Positions 18,527 through 28,972 are shown, numbered from the stretch's first letter. The stretch: 32,000 bases of DNA from Candidatus Saccharimonadota bacterium (GCA_965227835.1 OZ245768.1:480001-512000), one strand, 5' to 3'. Numbers and translations are program-made. Notes: a model not told the origin generated them from the sequence alone.

Positions 18527-19633
18527 ATGAAAAAATTACAAAATAAAAAAACAGATATGAATCCCCAAATTATAGTTTGATTAGATTTGAGATTTATAAA
18601 AATAAATGACCCCTATTCTAGTTTTGTTATAGAATTAATTAATTTTATAATTCGAAGCAAGAAAGATTTTTTTTATAATATCTATATAAACAAAGATATA
18701 GAAAGACTATTTGAAAAGAATAATAATGTAAAAATATTTAAAATAAAAAGTAAAGTTTCAAGTTTCAAAGATCAAATATTTTTCAAAGATAAAACACAAA
18801 ATGAAGATTTATTTATATTTTTTGACTGGAGGGTACCTATAAACATAAAAAAGAAATACATAGTTTTTATACCGGATTTAGCAGAACTACATTTCTTGCC
18901 AAAATTGAGCTTTATACAAAAAGCAATAAAAAACTACATATTTACATCAAGTTGTAAAAAAGCAAAAAATATAGTTTGTTTCAATGATATTTTATCAGAA
19001 GAAATAAATGATAAACTAAATATAAGAGAAGATAAAATAAAGGTAATAAAGGCATTTTTCAAAAAATATGAACAAATAGATAAAGATGAAGAAATAAATA
19101 TAAATATAAAAACTAGATATGGGATAGAGTGAGAATATTTAATATATGATTGATGAAATTCACTGGAAAAATGATTAGATAAACTCATAGATGTTTTTGA
19201 GAAGATTAGAGAGCAAAAACTAGATATTTCTCTTTTGATTTTGGATACGCAAACTATAAAAGATATAGAATTTAGAAAAAAAGTATTGGCAAAAAATCTA
19301 AATGAAAGAATATTTTTTATTTGAGAGGTAAACAGATTTGAAACAAAGTATTTTTATAAAAACTCTCTAGGGGTTATATATCCTGTACTTTATAGTATTT
19401 TCCCTTTTTTTATGGAAAAATCTTTGAATTATAATTGTAATATATTATCATCAAATTTGAAAACCATAAAGGATATATTTTGAGATAATATAGGATATTT
19501 CAATCCAAATATAAGTGACACTATTTTAAAATCTATAACAAAATTGAAAAAGAAGAAAAACAATTATTCAAAGATACTTGAAAGAGAATGATTTGATAAG
19601 TCTTGTGAAACTTTGATTGAATTAATATATTAA
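18527..19633 (+). CDS. Glycosyltransferase (GT-B fold, group 1 / GT4-like)
   Basis: 368-codon ORF, checked. N-terminal IVGLDLRFI, typical of GT4 enzymes; the C-terminal half has ...IGEV...Y.... Assignment is by overall pattern only. Confidence 0.65.
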
Positions 19634-19656
19634 TAGGTAAATATAATTTCAAAAAA

Positions 19657-20340
19657 ATGCAACTAACAGATAGAAATATACTTATATTAAAAATAATAAT
19701 AGAAGAATTTTTGAAAAATGGTGATTTAATAGGCTCAAAACTCTTACTTTCAAAGTTTGATTTATGAGTAAGTCCTGCGACTGTTAGGTGAGATATGGCA
19801 AAACTTGAAAAAATGAATTTAGTTTTTCAACCCTATAATTCTGCATGAAGAATGCCTACTTCAAGCTGAATTAGAGTATATGTAGATTATATGATGAAAG
19901 AAACTCCTTCATATTTTTTAAATGAGAACAATGTAGAGATATCTTGAAATATAAAAAACTTTTCTGATTATGTTTATAATATAACGAATTCTTTGTCAAA
20001 AAATACTATGGAGTTGAGTTTTTTTAGTATCCCTGAACAAAACATATTATGATATTCTTGAATATCAAACTTTATAAAAATAAATAAGTTAGAAGATAGC
20101 AGTAAGATAATAGAAATGCTTGAAGATAAAATAAGGTTTATGGATTTTTTATCTAGTTTATCATTAAAACCTGGGATAAATTTATTTATATGAGACGAAA
20201 ATAGTATAAATTATCTTAAAAAATTCTCAATAATTATAAAACCTATAATTATAAACAGTGAAAAGGGTTATATATGAATAATATGATCAATCGGGCAAAA
20301 TTATAGCTTTAATATAGCTGCTATAAAAGGTATAATATAA
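19657..20340 (+). CDS. hrcA: Heat-inducible transcription repressor HrcA (short form, 227 aa)
   Basis: ORF checked codon by codon. The N-terminal winged helix LTDRNILILKIIIEEFLKNGDLIGSKLLLSKFDLGVSPATVRGDMAKLEKMNLVFQPYNSAGRMPTSSGIRVYVDYM matches the HrcA consensus (SAGRxPTxxGYRxYVD). Confidence 0.85.
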
Positions 20341-20345
20341 AAAAC

Positions 20346-20373
20346 TTGACTTATTAATAAAAACTATTAAGAT
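20346..20373 (+). promoter_or_regulatory. Promoter of minigene A
   Basis: TTGACT (20346-20351), a 16-nt spacer, then TAAGAT (20368-20373). An identical copy lies 252 bp downstream. Confidence 0.5.
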
Positions 20374-20409
20374 ACAAAATACAATTTTATTTTTTAACTA
20401 TAAAAAGTT

Positions 20410-20592
20410 ATGGAAAACAATGACGTAGGTATTCAATGTAAAGGTCCTCAGACTATAACAGACTTAAGCAAACTAAAATATATTTGATCAAATTTAGATT
20501 TAGGTTCTATTGATCATTTACCTCAACTAATTAAAAGTTCTACGGGACAAATCCTAGATTCAATTAATAATGATTTGAGTGATTCTAAATAA
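20410..20592 (+). CDS. Small protein A (60 aa) with one LRR-like unit
   Basis: MENNDVGIQCKGPQTITDLSKLKYIGSNLDLGSIDHLPQLIKSSTGQILDSINNDLSDSK. It is preceded by an in-frame TAA and ends at TAA. The first 23 codons are identical to minigene B. Confidence 0.65.
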
Positions 20593-20597
20593 AAAAC

Positions 20598-20625
20598 TTG
20601 ACTTATTAATAAAAACTATTAAGAT
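20598..20625 (+). promoter_or_regulatory. Promoter of minigene B
   Basis: Exact copy of 20346..20373. Confidence 0.5.
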
Positions 20626-20661
20626 ACAAAATACAATTTTATTTTTTAACTATAAAAAGTT

Positions 20662-20823
20662 ATGGAAAACAATGACGTAGGTATTCAATGTAAAGGTCCT
20701 CAGACTATAACAGACTTAAGCAAACTAAAATGTGTTTGATTAGATTTTGATTATATCGAAAGTGAATCTGAATTAGCTAGAAGCTCTACAGAAAAAATTT
20801 TAGGAAAACCTCAAGATAAATAA
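20662..20823 (+). CDS. Small protein B (53 aa), paralog of A with a divergent C-terminus
   Basis: MENNDVGIQCKGPQTITDLSKLKCVGLDFDYIESESELARSSTEKILGKPQDK, ending at TAA. Confidence 0.65.
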
Positions 20824-20836
20824 TATAAAGCAAAAC

Positions 20837-20864
20837 AAAAAAAGACAACTAGTTGTCTTTTTTT
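20837..20864. terminator. Bidirectional terminator between the minigenes and trxA
   Basis: Perfect 28-bp palindrome aaaaaaagacaact/agttgtcttttttt, with A and T runs on either side. It sits between convergent genes. Confidence 0.7.
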
Positions 20865-20881
20865 GTTTTTCAAGTTAATTT

Positions 20882-21196
20882 CTACATATGGCTATTCAAA
20901 GCAGATTCAAGTTCATCCAAAGATTTTACTCATACAAGAGGTTCTTGAGCCAATTCTCAATCTTTAAAAATAAGAATTGTAGGAATAGACATAACTCTAA
21001 ATTTGGAAGCCAAATCTGGATTTTGATCCACATTTATTTTAGCTATTTTAGCTTTTCAATCCATTTTCTCAGAAAGTTGCTCTAAAACAGGAAGCATAGT
21101 TTGACAAGGACCACACCATTCAGCCCAAAAATCAACCAAACTAACACCAGAAGAAATCTCTTGCTGGAAATTATCATTGTTTAATTCTACTGCCAT
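20882..21196 (-). CDS. trxA: Thioredoxin
   Basis: 104-codon ORF. Active site WCGPC, with Trp encoded by TGG (21118-21116). Typical motifs [15 protein letters not shown] and F.DG are present. Confidence 0.95.
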
Positions 21197-21419
21197 AATT
21201 TTTCATTTTAAAATTTAAAATAATAATTTCTTGAAAAGTTAAAAACCTAAAAATATATTATTTCAAGAAACACAACTGAAAAATACTATTAAAATATTTG
21301 AAAAATGCAAAAATAAAAACTACCAAAGATTTTTTGATGTTTCTTTGTAAATAATTAAGATGTATATTCTTTTAAAAAACTAAAAGGGGATCTAAAAATT
21401 AACATCTATTAAAAAATAA

Positions 21420-22442
21420 ATGCTAGAAAATTATTTTTACATCATACTTTTTATATTTTGAAGCATATTTTGAAGTTTTGCATCAGTACTGATATATAGA
21501 CTAAAATCAAAAGAAAGATGAATATTTGCCTGAAGAAGTCATTGCAATAAATGTAACCATAAACTGTGAGCTCTAGAATTAATCCCATTTTTATCTTGGA
21601 TAAAAAATTTTTGAAGATGTAAATATTGTAAAGAAAAAGTATCTATTATTTATCCCCTTCTTGAATTATCTACATGAGTATTGTTTTTTCTGATATGATA
21701 TTTCTTGATAGATTTTGAGTTAATAAAAAATTGAAACTCAAACGAAACCATAAAATTATTTTTTTGGCTTATAATAGGATTTATAACTATAATATATAGC
21801 TTTTATGATATATTATTTTTAGAGATACATGATTGAGTTATGATAGTTTGAATAGTAATTTCATTAATAGCTATAATACTTGAATCTCTTGGTGTAATAA
21901 ACATATTTCCCTATCTATCCATAGGAAATACAGATATAGTTTTAAATATTGTATCAATAATAATATTGATATACAGTATATGACTTTTGTATATTATAAT
22001 GTTTAAAGAACTTCAAATAAAATATGACTTTTTAATACTTATTCTAATATGAACAATTATTTACTTCTTTTTGAGATGAACAAATAGCAGTATTGAAGAT
22101 TTTATAGCAATTAATTCTCTTGTTTGAGTAATTATAATATTTGGTTTTTTATTTTTACAAATAGCAGTAAGTAACGGTGCTTGGATGTGATGATGAGATT
22201 TGAGAATAGCAATACTTTTATGAATTTTAGTTTGATACAGTTTTAGCATTGAAACATTATTTTTAACATATATAGTATGAAGTATTATATCAATTTTTTT
22301 TATAATTTATAAAAAATCTAAACTTTGATTTAAAAATAAAATAGAAACTCAAGTACCTTTTTGACCTTTTTTAGCTATATGATTTTTTCTAAGCATTTTT
22401 ATATGACTTCCCTTAACTTCTATAATATTGATATATAACTAA
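21420..22442 (+). CDS. pilD: Type IV prepilin peptidase / N-methyltransferase-type A24 peptidase (full length)
   Basis: 340-codon ORF, checked codon by codon, with ATG directly after an in-frame TAA. N-terminal Cys-rich domain GSFASVLIYRL...CNKCNHKL...IPFLSWI...GRCKYCKEKVSIIYPLLEL. Catalytic regions YDILFLEIHD and GGGDLRI (GGG written as three TGA, 22188-22196), plus PFGPFLA. The gene is invisible in the standard-code track. Confidence 0.9.
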
Positions 22443-22702
22443 AAGGAATTCAAACAAAACTAGAATCTATAAATAAATAACTTTTGATAATAGCTTTATA
22501 ATTTGTTAATAATAAAGTTATTTTTAAATTAAGAGTTATTAAAATTAGACAAATATTTTCTTTTAGAAAAAATAATTTTTCAAGAAACTATTCCCCAAGA
22601 CCAAAATAAATTACTTGTAAATAATATAAAGTTTTACATTTTAAATAAAAAAATATATAATTTTTTTAATGAATTTTATAATACATAAAAATAAAAACAA
22701 AT

Positions 22703-23242
22703 ATGGACAACAAAAAAACTATTCTTGCTATTAAAGATTTTATAGTAACAAGTGAAAAATCCCTAAAATCAGCAAAGAAGCTACTTGTATGATTAGCAAA
22801 AGAAAATGATGTGGATTTAGATTCTAGTGTAGATTTAGATACATCATGACTGCATTCTTACAATGATGATGATGCGAAAATAATAGAATGAGTGTTTACT
22901 GGTGATTCTATGCTTTGAAGTGATGGTAAAAAATATCCTGTACCGTTTAACTATGCTTCCAAATCAAAAATAGTTCAATGAGATAAACTAAAATTAAAAG
23001 TTGATGGTGTTTGAAAAATGACTTACAAGCAAATAGCTCCCATAGAAAGAGAAACAAGGACATGATTAGTTACAAAAGATATGTGAAAATTCCAAGTTGT
23101 ATGTGATTGAGATGTTTATGACCTACTTCCAGCTGCTGTTACACATTTCAAATGTGAAATATGAGATAATATTTCAGTTCTACTACCTAAGTGAAAACAA
23201 GCAAGTTTTGCTGCTATAGAAGCTATAATTCCAAAAGAGTAG
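22703..23242 (+). CDS. Hypothetical protein (179 aa)
   Basis: ORF checked codon by codon, with stop TAG. I recognise no motif. There are several in-frame TGA. Confidence 0.65.
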
Positions 23243-23255
23243 AAAACAATTTTAA

Positions 23256-24737
23256 ATGCTAAAAAAAATCGTTTCATCAACCATATCTCAAATAATATCA
23301 AAGCTTATTACATCCATAATAAGCATTTTTTTACTAAGCCTAATAACAAACTATCTCACAGTTGAGCTTTTTGGTATTTATAATAAAATTTTTAACTACA
23401 TATTTATATTTGCTTTTTTGCTGGATTTGGGGCTTTATGCGATGACAGTAAAAGAAATATGAGCAAATAAAAAAAAATCACAGCATATATTTTGAAACAT
23501 ATTATCTTTGAGAATAATTAGTGGATTTCTAGTTATATTTTTATCTCTAATTATAGCTTATTTCCTACCTTGATATAATGATTCTCTAGTGTTTTTCTGA
23601 ATATTTATAGCTTCTATATTTACTTTTTTCTCTCTTATAAATTCAAGTTTACTTGCTCTTATGCAAGCTCATATGAAAATGGAATTTTCAGTTTTTTCAG
23701 TTGTAGTTAATAAAATTTTTGTACTTATATCTACTTTTATACTTATAAAATATTTAATACCTTTATCAGATATAAATTGAAACTTAGATCCTAATTATGA
23801 CAAAGCTTTTTTATTGATAATAACAATAGTAGCAATATGAATGTTTATAAATATGTTTTTAAACTATTTATATGCGAGAAAAATAATAAAAATAACACTA
23901 AATTTTAATTATAAGTACATAAAGGAAATCTTTTTTAAGACACTCCCCTATTGAATTGCCCTTTTTTTATCTGTAGTATATACAAAAATAGACATAGTTA
24001 TTATAAGTTTTATAGAAAAATGAATATTAGCCGATAGAAGTATAGCTCTTTATAGCCTACCTCTTAAAATAATGGATGTATTTATTATAATAGCATCTTT
24101 TTTTATGAATTCATTATTACCTAGTATGTCTGAAAACTATAAAAACTCTAATCTAAAAAAAGTTGAAGAAATTATAAAAAATTCTTTTAAAATAATGTGG
24201 AGTGCTTGAATTATAATAATATCTCTTGGTTTGGTTTTAAGAGATAATATAGTAGAAATAATAGCAAATAAAGATTATTTACAAAGAACTGATTTGAATC
24301 TCTTTAACTCATCAGATGCTTTTGTTTTAATACTTATTATGATATTATTTTTCTATATCGGGATAGTTTTTTCATATTTGCTAATTGCCTCCAATAATCA
24401 AAAAAAACTTCTAAAAATAAGTATTATACTAACTCTTATAAATATAATATGAAATCTAGTTCTCATCCCTTATTATAGTTTTATTTGAGCTTGAATAATG
24501 ACAGTTTTAACTCAAATGGTTTTCTTGGCTTTGGTTTACAAAGAATCTTTAAAAATAGTTTATTTTAAATTTCCTTTTCTATTTATGTTAAAAATATCTT
24601 TAATATGAGTTTTAATTTATTTATTTTCAGAGTTTATTATCGCAAAATATCATATTAATTTATATCTTGATATATTGTATTTAATACCTATATTTATCTT
24701 TTATTGCCTTGGTATTTTTAAGATGATGAAAAGTTAG
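23256..24737 (+). CDS. Polysaccharide/oligosaccharide flippase (Wzx / MOP superfamily)
   Basis: 493-codon ORF, checked codon by codon. It is highly hydrophobic with about 12-14 predicted TM helices. The N-terminus KLITSIISIFLLSLITNYLTVELFGIY is typical of Wzx-like proteins. Confidence 0.75.
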
Positions 24738-24788
24738 AAATAAATTTTTATTACTCACACTATACAAACTAACTAAAATAAATTAAAA

Positions 24789-26321
24789 ATGCAGATAAGT
24801 ATCAAAAAAAACGACATACTTAAAAATATTTTTATAGAAAAGCTAATTTTTTGATGAAAATGATTGGCTACTTTAAAACATGAAAACCCAGATTATAATT
24901 GAAGAAAATTAATAGTAATATGATGAGTTGTTCCAGAATCCAGAGTAAATCTAAGAGTTTTAAAAAAGAAAAAATCATTTTTAGAAACCCAAGTTGTAGA
25001 AGTAGTAAAAAAATCCAGATTTGAACAAGAAAATATAAAAAATCCTTATTGAGAATGTGGATGATGTAAACGGATAAATATAATATATGAAAAACAATTA
25101 GAAATGAAACAAGAACAAGTAGAAGAAGCAATAAGACTTTTGGAAAAATATTTTTTAAAAAAAGATAAAAAAGAAGTATTTTTAAGTATAGAAAAAAGCC
25201 CTATAATTACTTGATATAGAAACAAGGTAGAATTTTCATTTTGAAAAAATATATCTTTAAAAAATCAAAAACAGGAGCATTTCAATGTATGATTTCATAA
25301 ACAGTGAGAATTTTCAAAAATACAGGATATAGATTGATTCATTTTAATAGATGAAAAGCAAAATGAAATATACAGAGAAATTAAAAAATTTGCTAAAAAT
25401 TCTTGATTAGAAGTATATGATCAGTTTAACTGAAAATGATTTTTTAGACATATTCTTATAAGAAAAACTTATTTTACAAATGAGATGATGATAATTTTAT
25501 CATTCAACCCCAACTATTTTGAGGACAAAAAAGAAATTAGTAAAAAAAATAGTCTAGAGAGAATAAAAAAATTCTTTCTAGACCTAGCTTTGAAATACAA
25601 AATAATAAAATCAGTTTATTTATCTCACAACACAAATAAATCCGATACATGTATTTGAGAATTAGAACTTATATATTGAGAAAAAACCATAAAAGAAAAA
25701 ATACTTTGACTCAATTTCAACATCTCCCCTACATCTTTTTTTCAAACAAACAGTAGTGCTTGCGAGAAACTTTATAGTATAATACTAGATTTTGCTTCTA
25801 GTTTTTTAGCTAAGGGAGAAAAAAAAATTGAAGATATAAACATGCTTGATCTATATGCTTGAACTTGAACAATAGCTATGATTTTTGCAAAAAAGTGAGT
25901 CAAAAATATTGTTAGTGTAGAGTTAGTAGAATCAGCTTCAAAAGATTGAAAAGAAAATGCTAAAATGAATAATCTAAATGATATAAAATTTGTTAACGCA
26001 AAAGTGGAGGATTTTCTAAAAGTTTATTTGAAAGATTGAGAAAAAACAGATTTATTAGTTATAGACCCCCCAAGGGCTTGAATGCATCCAAAAGCACTAA
26101 ATGACATAGTTAAATTTGATTCAAAACAGATAATATATGTAAGTTGTAACCCTGCTAGTTTAGCTAGAGATCTAGAATATATATTGAAAAATAGTAATTA
26201 TAAAGTTGAAAAGATAAAATGTTTAGATATGTTTCCACATACTCACCATATAGAAACTGTGGTTAGTTTAGTCTCAAGCTCAAACAACTACCTTAGCATA
26301 TCTCAAAACCCTTCCGTCTAA
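24789..26321 (+). CDS. rlmD: 23S rRNA (uracil-5-)-methyltransferase, RlmD/RumA family
   Basis: 510-codon ORF, checked codon by codon. It has a TRAM-like N-terminus, an Fe-S Cys cluster (..YGECGGCK..), the SAM-MTase motifs LDLYAGTGTI and DPPRAGM, and the catalytic motifs YVSCNPASLARD and DMFPHTHHIE. Confidence 0.9.
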
Positions 26322-26828
26322 TAAATATCATTTTTCAAACTCATCACATATTATATTTTCCTTTTTTCAAGGAACTCTTGTCATAACTTCATGTTTATCT
26401 GGATCAGCTTCTTCTCAAACAGAAAGGAAAGGTTTAACTCACATTTTTTCTAAGTCTAAATTCAATTTTTTATGTAAAGCAATAGCTCATTCATAAATAG
26501 GAGTTTTTTTATCTTCTTCGGAGCTTGATTTTATAATTCTATCTAGATCGTCTAAAACAGGAAGGATTTTTTTGAATATATCTTGTTTTAAAAAAAATAT
26601 CATATCAGTTCTATCTCTATCTACTCTAGCTTTGAAATTAGCAAAATCAGCCTGTATTTTTACCAATTTATCCATACATTTTTCATCTTCCTCATCTTCT
26701 GGATTCATAGTATCCTCTAGTTTATCTTCATTTATACTACCATCATCGTTTTCAATCTCTTCTATTTCATCTTCCATTTGATCTAAGATATCTTCATTTT
26801 CTAAATATTGTTTTTCTTTTTTACTCAT
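26268..26828 (-). CDS. grpE: Nucleotide exchange factor GrpE
   Basis: 186-codon ORF. Acidic N-terminus, then FANFKARVDRD, ILPVLDDLDR and C-terminal GYLLDGRVLRYAKVVVG. It extends past the track ORF 26487..26828 by reading through TGA. The last 54 nt overlap the rlmD 3' end. Confidence 0.9.
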
Positions 26829-26848
26829 ATTTTTTTATATTTATAAAG

Positions 26849-27457
26849 TTAAATGTTTTTTAAAAGATATTCAGGAATAGGAAATTTTTTAAATTCATCC
26901 AAAAGACATTTCCCATGCATAATTCTATTTAAAACTTCAGCTTCACATTTAGCTCACATCAAAGCATTATGAGGCTTTGGTTCTCAACCTTTTATTCAAA
27001 CAAATTCAAGAGATTTATCCAAATTTATTTTATATCTATCATCTTCTACAGGTATTTCCATACCTAATTCAAAGTGTTTCATAATAACAACACTATGTGT
27101 ATCAATACTTCTATGTCCCAAACTATATTCTATATTTGAAAGCTCATAACTACTTTCCAAAAAATCTATATCAGATTTGGGATTATGTCATATAAACATA
27201 TGGGGTTTAGTAGTTTTTTTAAGCCAAGTATCAAAATCATTTATAAGTTCTGCAAGTTTTTTTTTACTAGGGTCATTTATATCTTGGACAGAAAATCAAT
27301 TTACTTCCAAAGCTTCTTCATCATATAAGGCTCAATCTCTGATACGGCATTCTCAATAAAATTGGTTTTCAGGGCTTCGAAAATCCAAAGCTCATAAGCT
27401 CAAAAGAGAATGTTTTTTATAGTCAAGCCCACTAAATTCTCAATCTATAATTATCAT
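26849..27457 (-). CDS. DEDDh 3'-5' exonuclease (DnaQ/epsilon-like)
   Basis: 202-codon ORF, checked codon by codon. ExoI IIDGEFSGLD, ExoII IGHNPKSDIDFL and ExoIII HNALMGAKCEAEV. Its stop is 21 nt upstream of the grpE start. Confidence 0.85.
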
Positions 27458-27578
27458 AAAAAACTAAATATAGTAATAATTTTTAGGAGTCTGTGGTAAA
27501 TCTAAGCAAAAAATTTTTGAATTAAAATTAGCAAAAAAGATTACTTTTTAATAGATGTTAATTTTGCCACAGGCTCCT

Positions 27579-27917
27579 TTACATACCAGGTAGTTTAGGA
27601 ATACCTCCATTTCACATATCAAGTCACATTGCTGACATAACTCATTGCATATTTGAGGCTGCAACTTCCTGAGATTTTTTAACTCATTTATTAACTGCTT
27701 CTGCAATAGCATTGGATAAAGATTCTTTTTGAGAATCATTTAATCAAGGAATCAAACTATCATTTTCAAATTCTACTTTTTCAACTTTCATTTTCCCGTT
27801 TATAGAAACAACAAGCCCCCCTACTTCTGCTTCTATTAGTGTATTTTCAAGTTCTTTTTCTATTTTCATAGCTTCTTGTTGTAATTTCAACATTTCTCAT
27901 GCTTTTGAAAAATCCAT
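27579..27917 (-). CDS. ybaB: Nucleoid-associated protein YbaB/EbfC
   Basis: 112-codon ORF, checked. Sequence MLKLQQEAMKIEKELENTLIEAEVGGLVVSINGKMKVEKVEF...AIAEAVNKGVKK... The track ORF 27548..27739 is out of frame with it. Confidence 0.85.
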
Positions 27918-28038
27918 ACTTTTAAAAGTTATATATTTAAATTTTTTGTAAAAATGATTATATAAACATTAAATTTTTTGCAAATAGTTTTTTATTGTGT
28001 TAATATATGAGTGTATTTTAAAAAATAACTTTTTAATT

Positions 28039-28962
28039 ATGTCTACTACAAGTACAAATGATGATGATTTAATAATCATAGAAGATGATACTAAAGAGCT
28101 AGAAAGTGAATGAAATAAAGAAGCTCAAAAAGTTGATTCTTTAAAAATAGATAATGATGACAAACAAGATTTAATATCTTTTGATGATGATGAAGAAAAA
28201 AAGGATGAAGAAAAAATAGAGATTAATACTGATGATGAAAATCAGTGAGAAAAGAAAGTTGAAAAAGAAGGTGATTCTTCAGAATTAAATATAAATTTAG
28301 GAGATGAAGATAATTCTTTAAATATAAATTTAGAAGAAGATGATGAAAGTAAAGAATTAAATTTGGATTTAGATACTGAGAATGAAAAAGAAACTTCAAA
28401 TTTAGATTCTGACGATAATAAAAATGAGCTAAATTTAGATAGCTTAAATTTAGATAATACTAATGATAATTCATGAATAGATTTAGAAGAAAAAACAGAT
28501 GATAAAAAAGAAGAAGAAAATTCTTTATCATTGTGAGATTCAAATGAATCAAAATCATCTTTAGATTTAGAAGAAGAAGAAAATAAAGAACAAGAATTTA
28601 CAGATAATTCTTGAACTGATGATAATAAAGATGAAACTATGTCTTCTATATTGTGAGATACTATTGATAAATTAAATACTAGAAAGAATGTATTGGAAAC
28701 AGATATTGAAAATAAAGAGATAAATATAAAGGATATAGAAATGGAAATAAGTAAATTACAAGAAGAAAAAAGACAAATTAGAGTTGAAGTTAAAGATTTA
28801 CAAAATGAAAGTAAAAAGATAGAGACAAATATAGATTCACTAGAAAAAATGAAAAATGAAGAATCTGAAAATACTATTAGGAATCACAATAAAGAAAGAA
28901 GATCAGCTAGAGGAAATTTCAATAATATAGCTCCTAAAAAAGATAACAAAATCTCTAAATAG
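28039..28962 (+). CDS. Highly acidic low-complexity protein with a C-terminal coiled coil (307 aa)
   Basis: ORF checked codon by codon. The N-terminal 200 aa are rich in D/E/N with reiterated LN(I/L)(N/D)L motifs. The C-terminal segment ETDIENKEINIKDIEMEISKLQEEKRQIRVEVKDLQNESKKIE has heptad character. Confidence 0.7.
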
Positions 28963-28972
28963 TATAATATTG

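Noticed and set aside
20410-20823. The twin small proteins as type IV pilin precursors for the nearby prepilin peptidase, or as double-glycine-leader bacteriocins.
   Set aside because: They have no class III signal peptide (no G|F(M)xxxE and no hydrophobic helix after a short leader), no clear GG/GA leader cleavage motif, and no adjacent C39 ABC exporter.
21427-21751. A minus-strand reading frame (MVSFEFQFF...KKYHIRKNN... with one in-frame TAA) that looked at first like a decayed IS200/RAYT-type transposase pseudogene. That would have fitted nicely with the hairpin repeats.
   Set aside because: The + strand of the same region encodes, without any stop, the conserved N-terminal Cys-rich domain of the prepilin peptidase, in frame with the catalytic domain (21420..22442). 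The minus-strand frame is an antisense artefact, and its similarity to Y1 transposases was superficial.
26829-27578. A CIRCE operator upstream of the exonuclease-grpE unit, and a CtsR box upstream of the Clp ATPase gene (30809-30988).
   Set aside because: There is no TTAGCACTC-N9-GAGTGCTAA-like and no GGTCAAA tandem heptad-like sequence. Only a short GTCTTTTAAGAC palindrome (about 30925-30936) lies near the Clp promoter, and that is too weak to call.
27548-27739. The track ORF on the minus strand (63 aa).
   Set aside because: It is out of frame with the YbaB/EbfC gene (27579..27917), which has clear family features.
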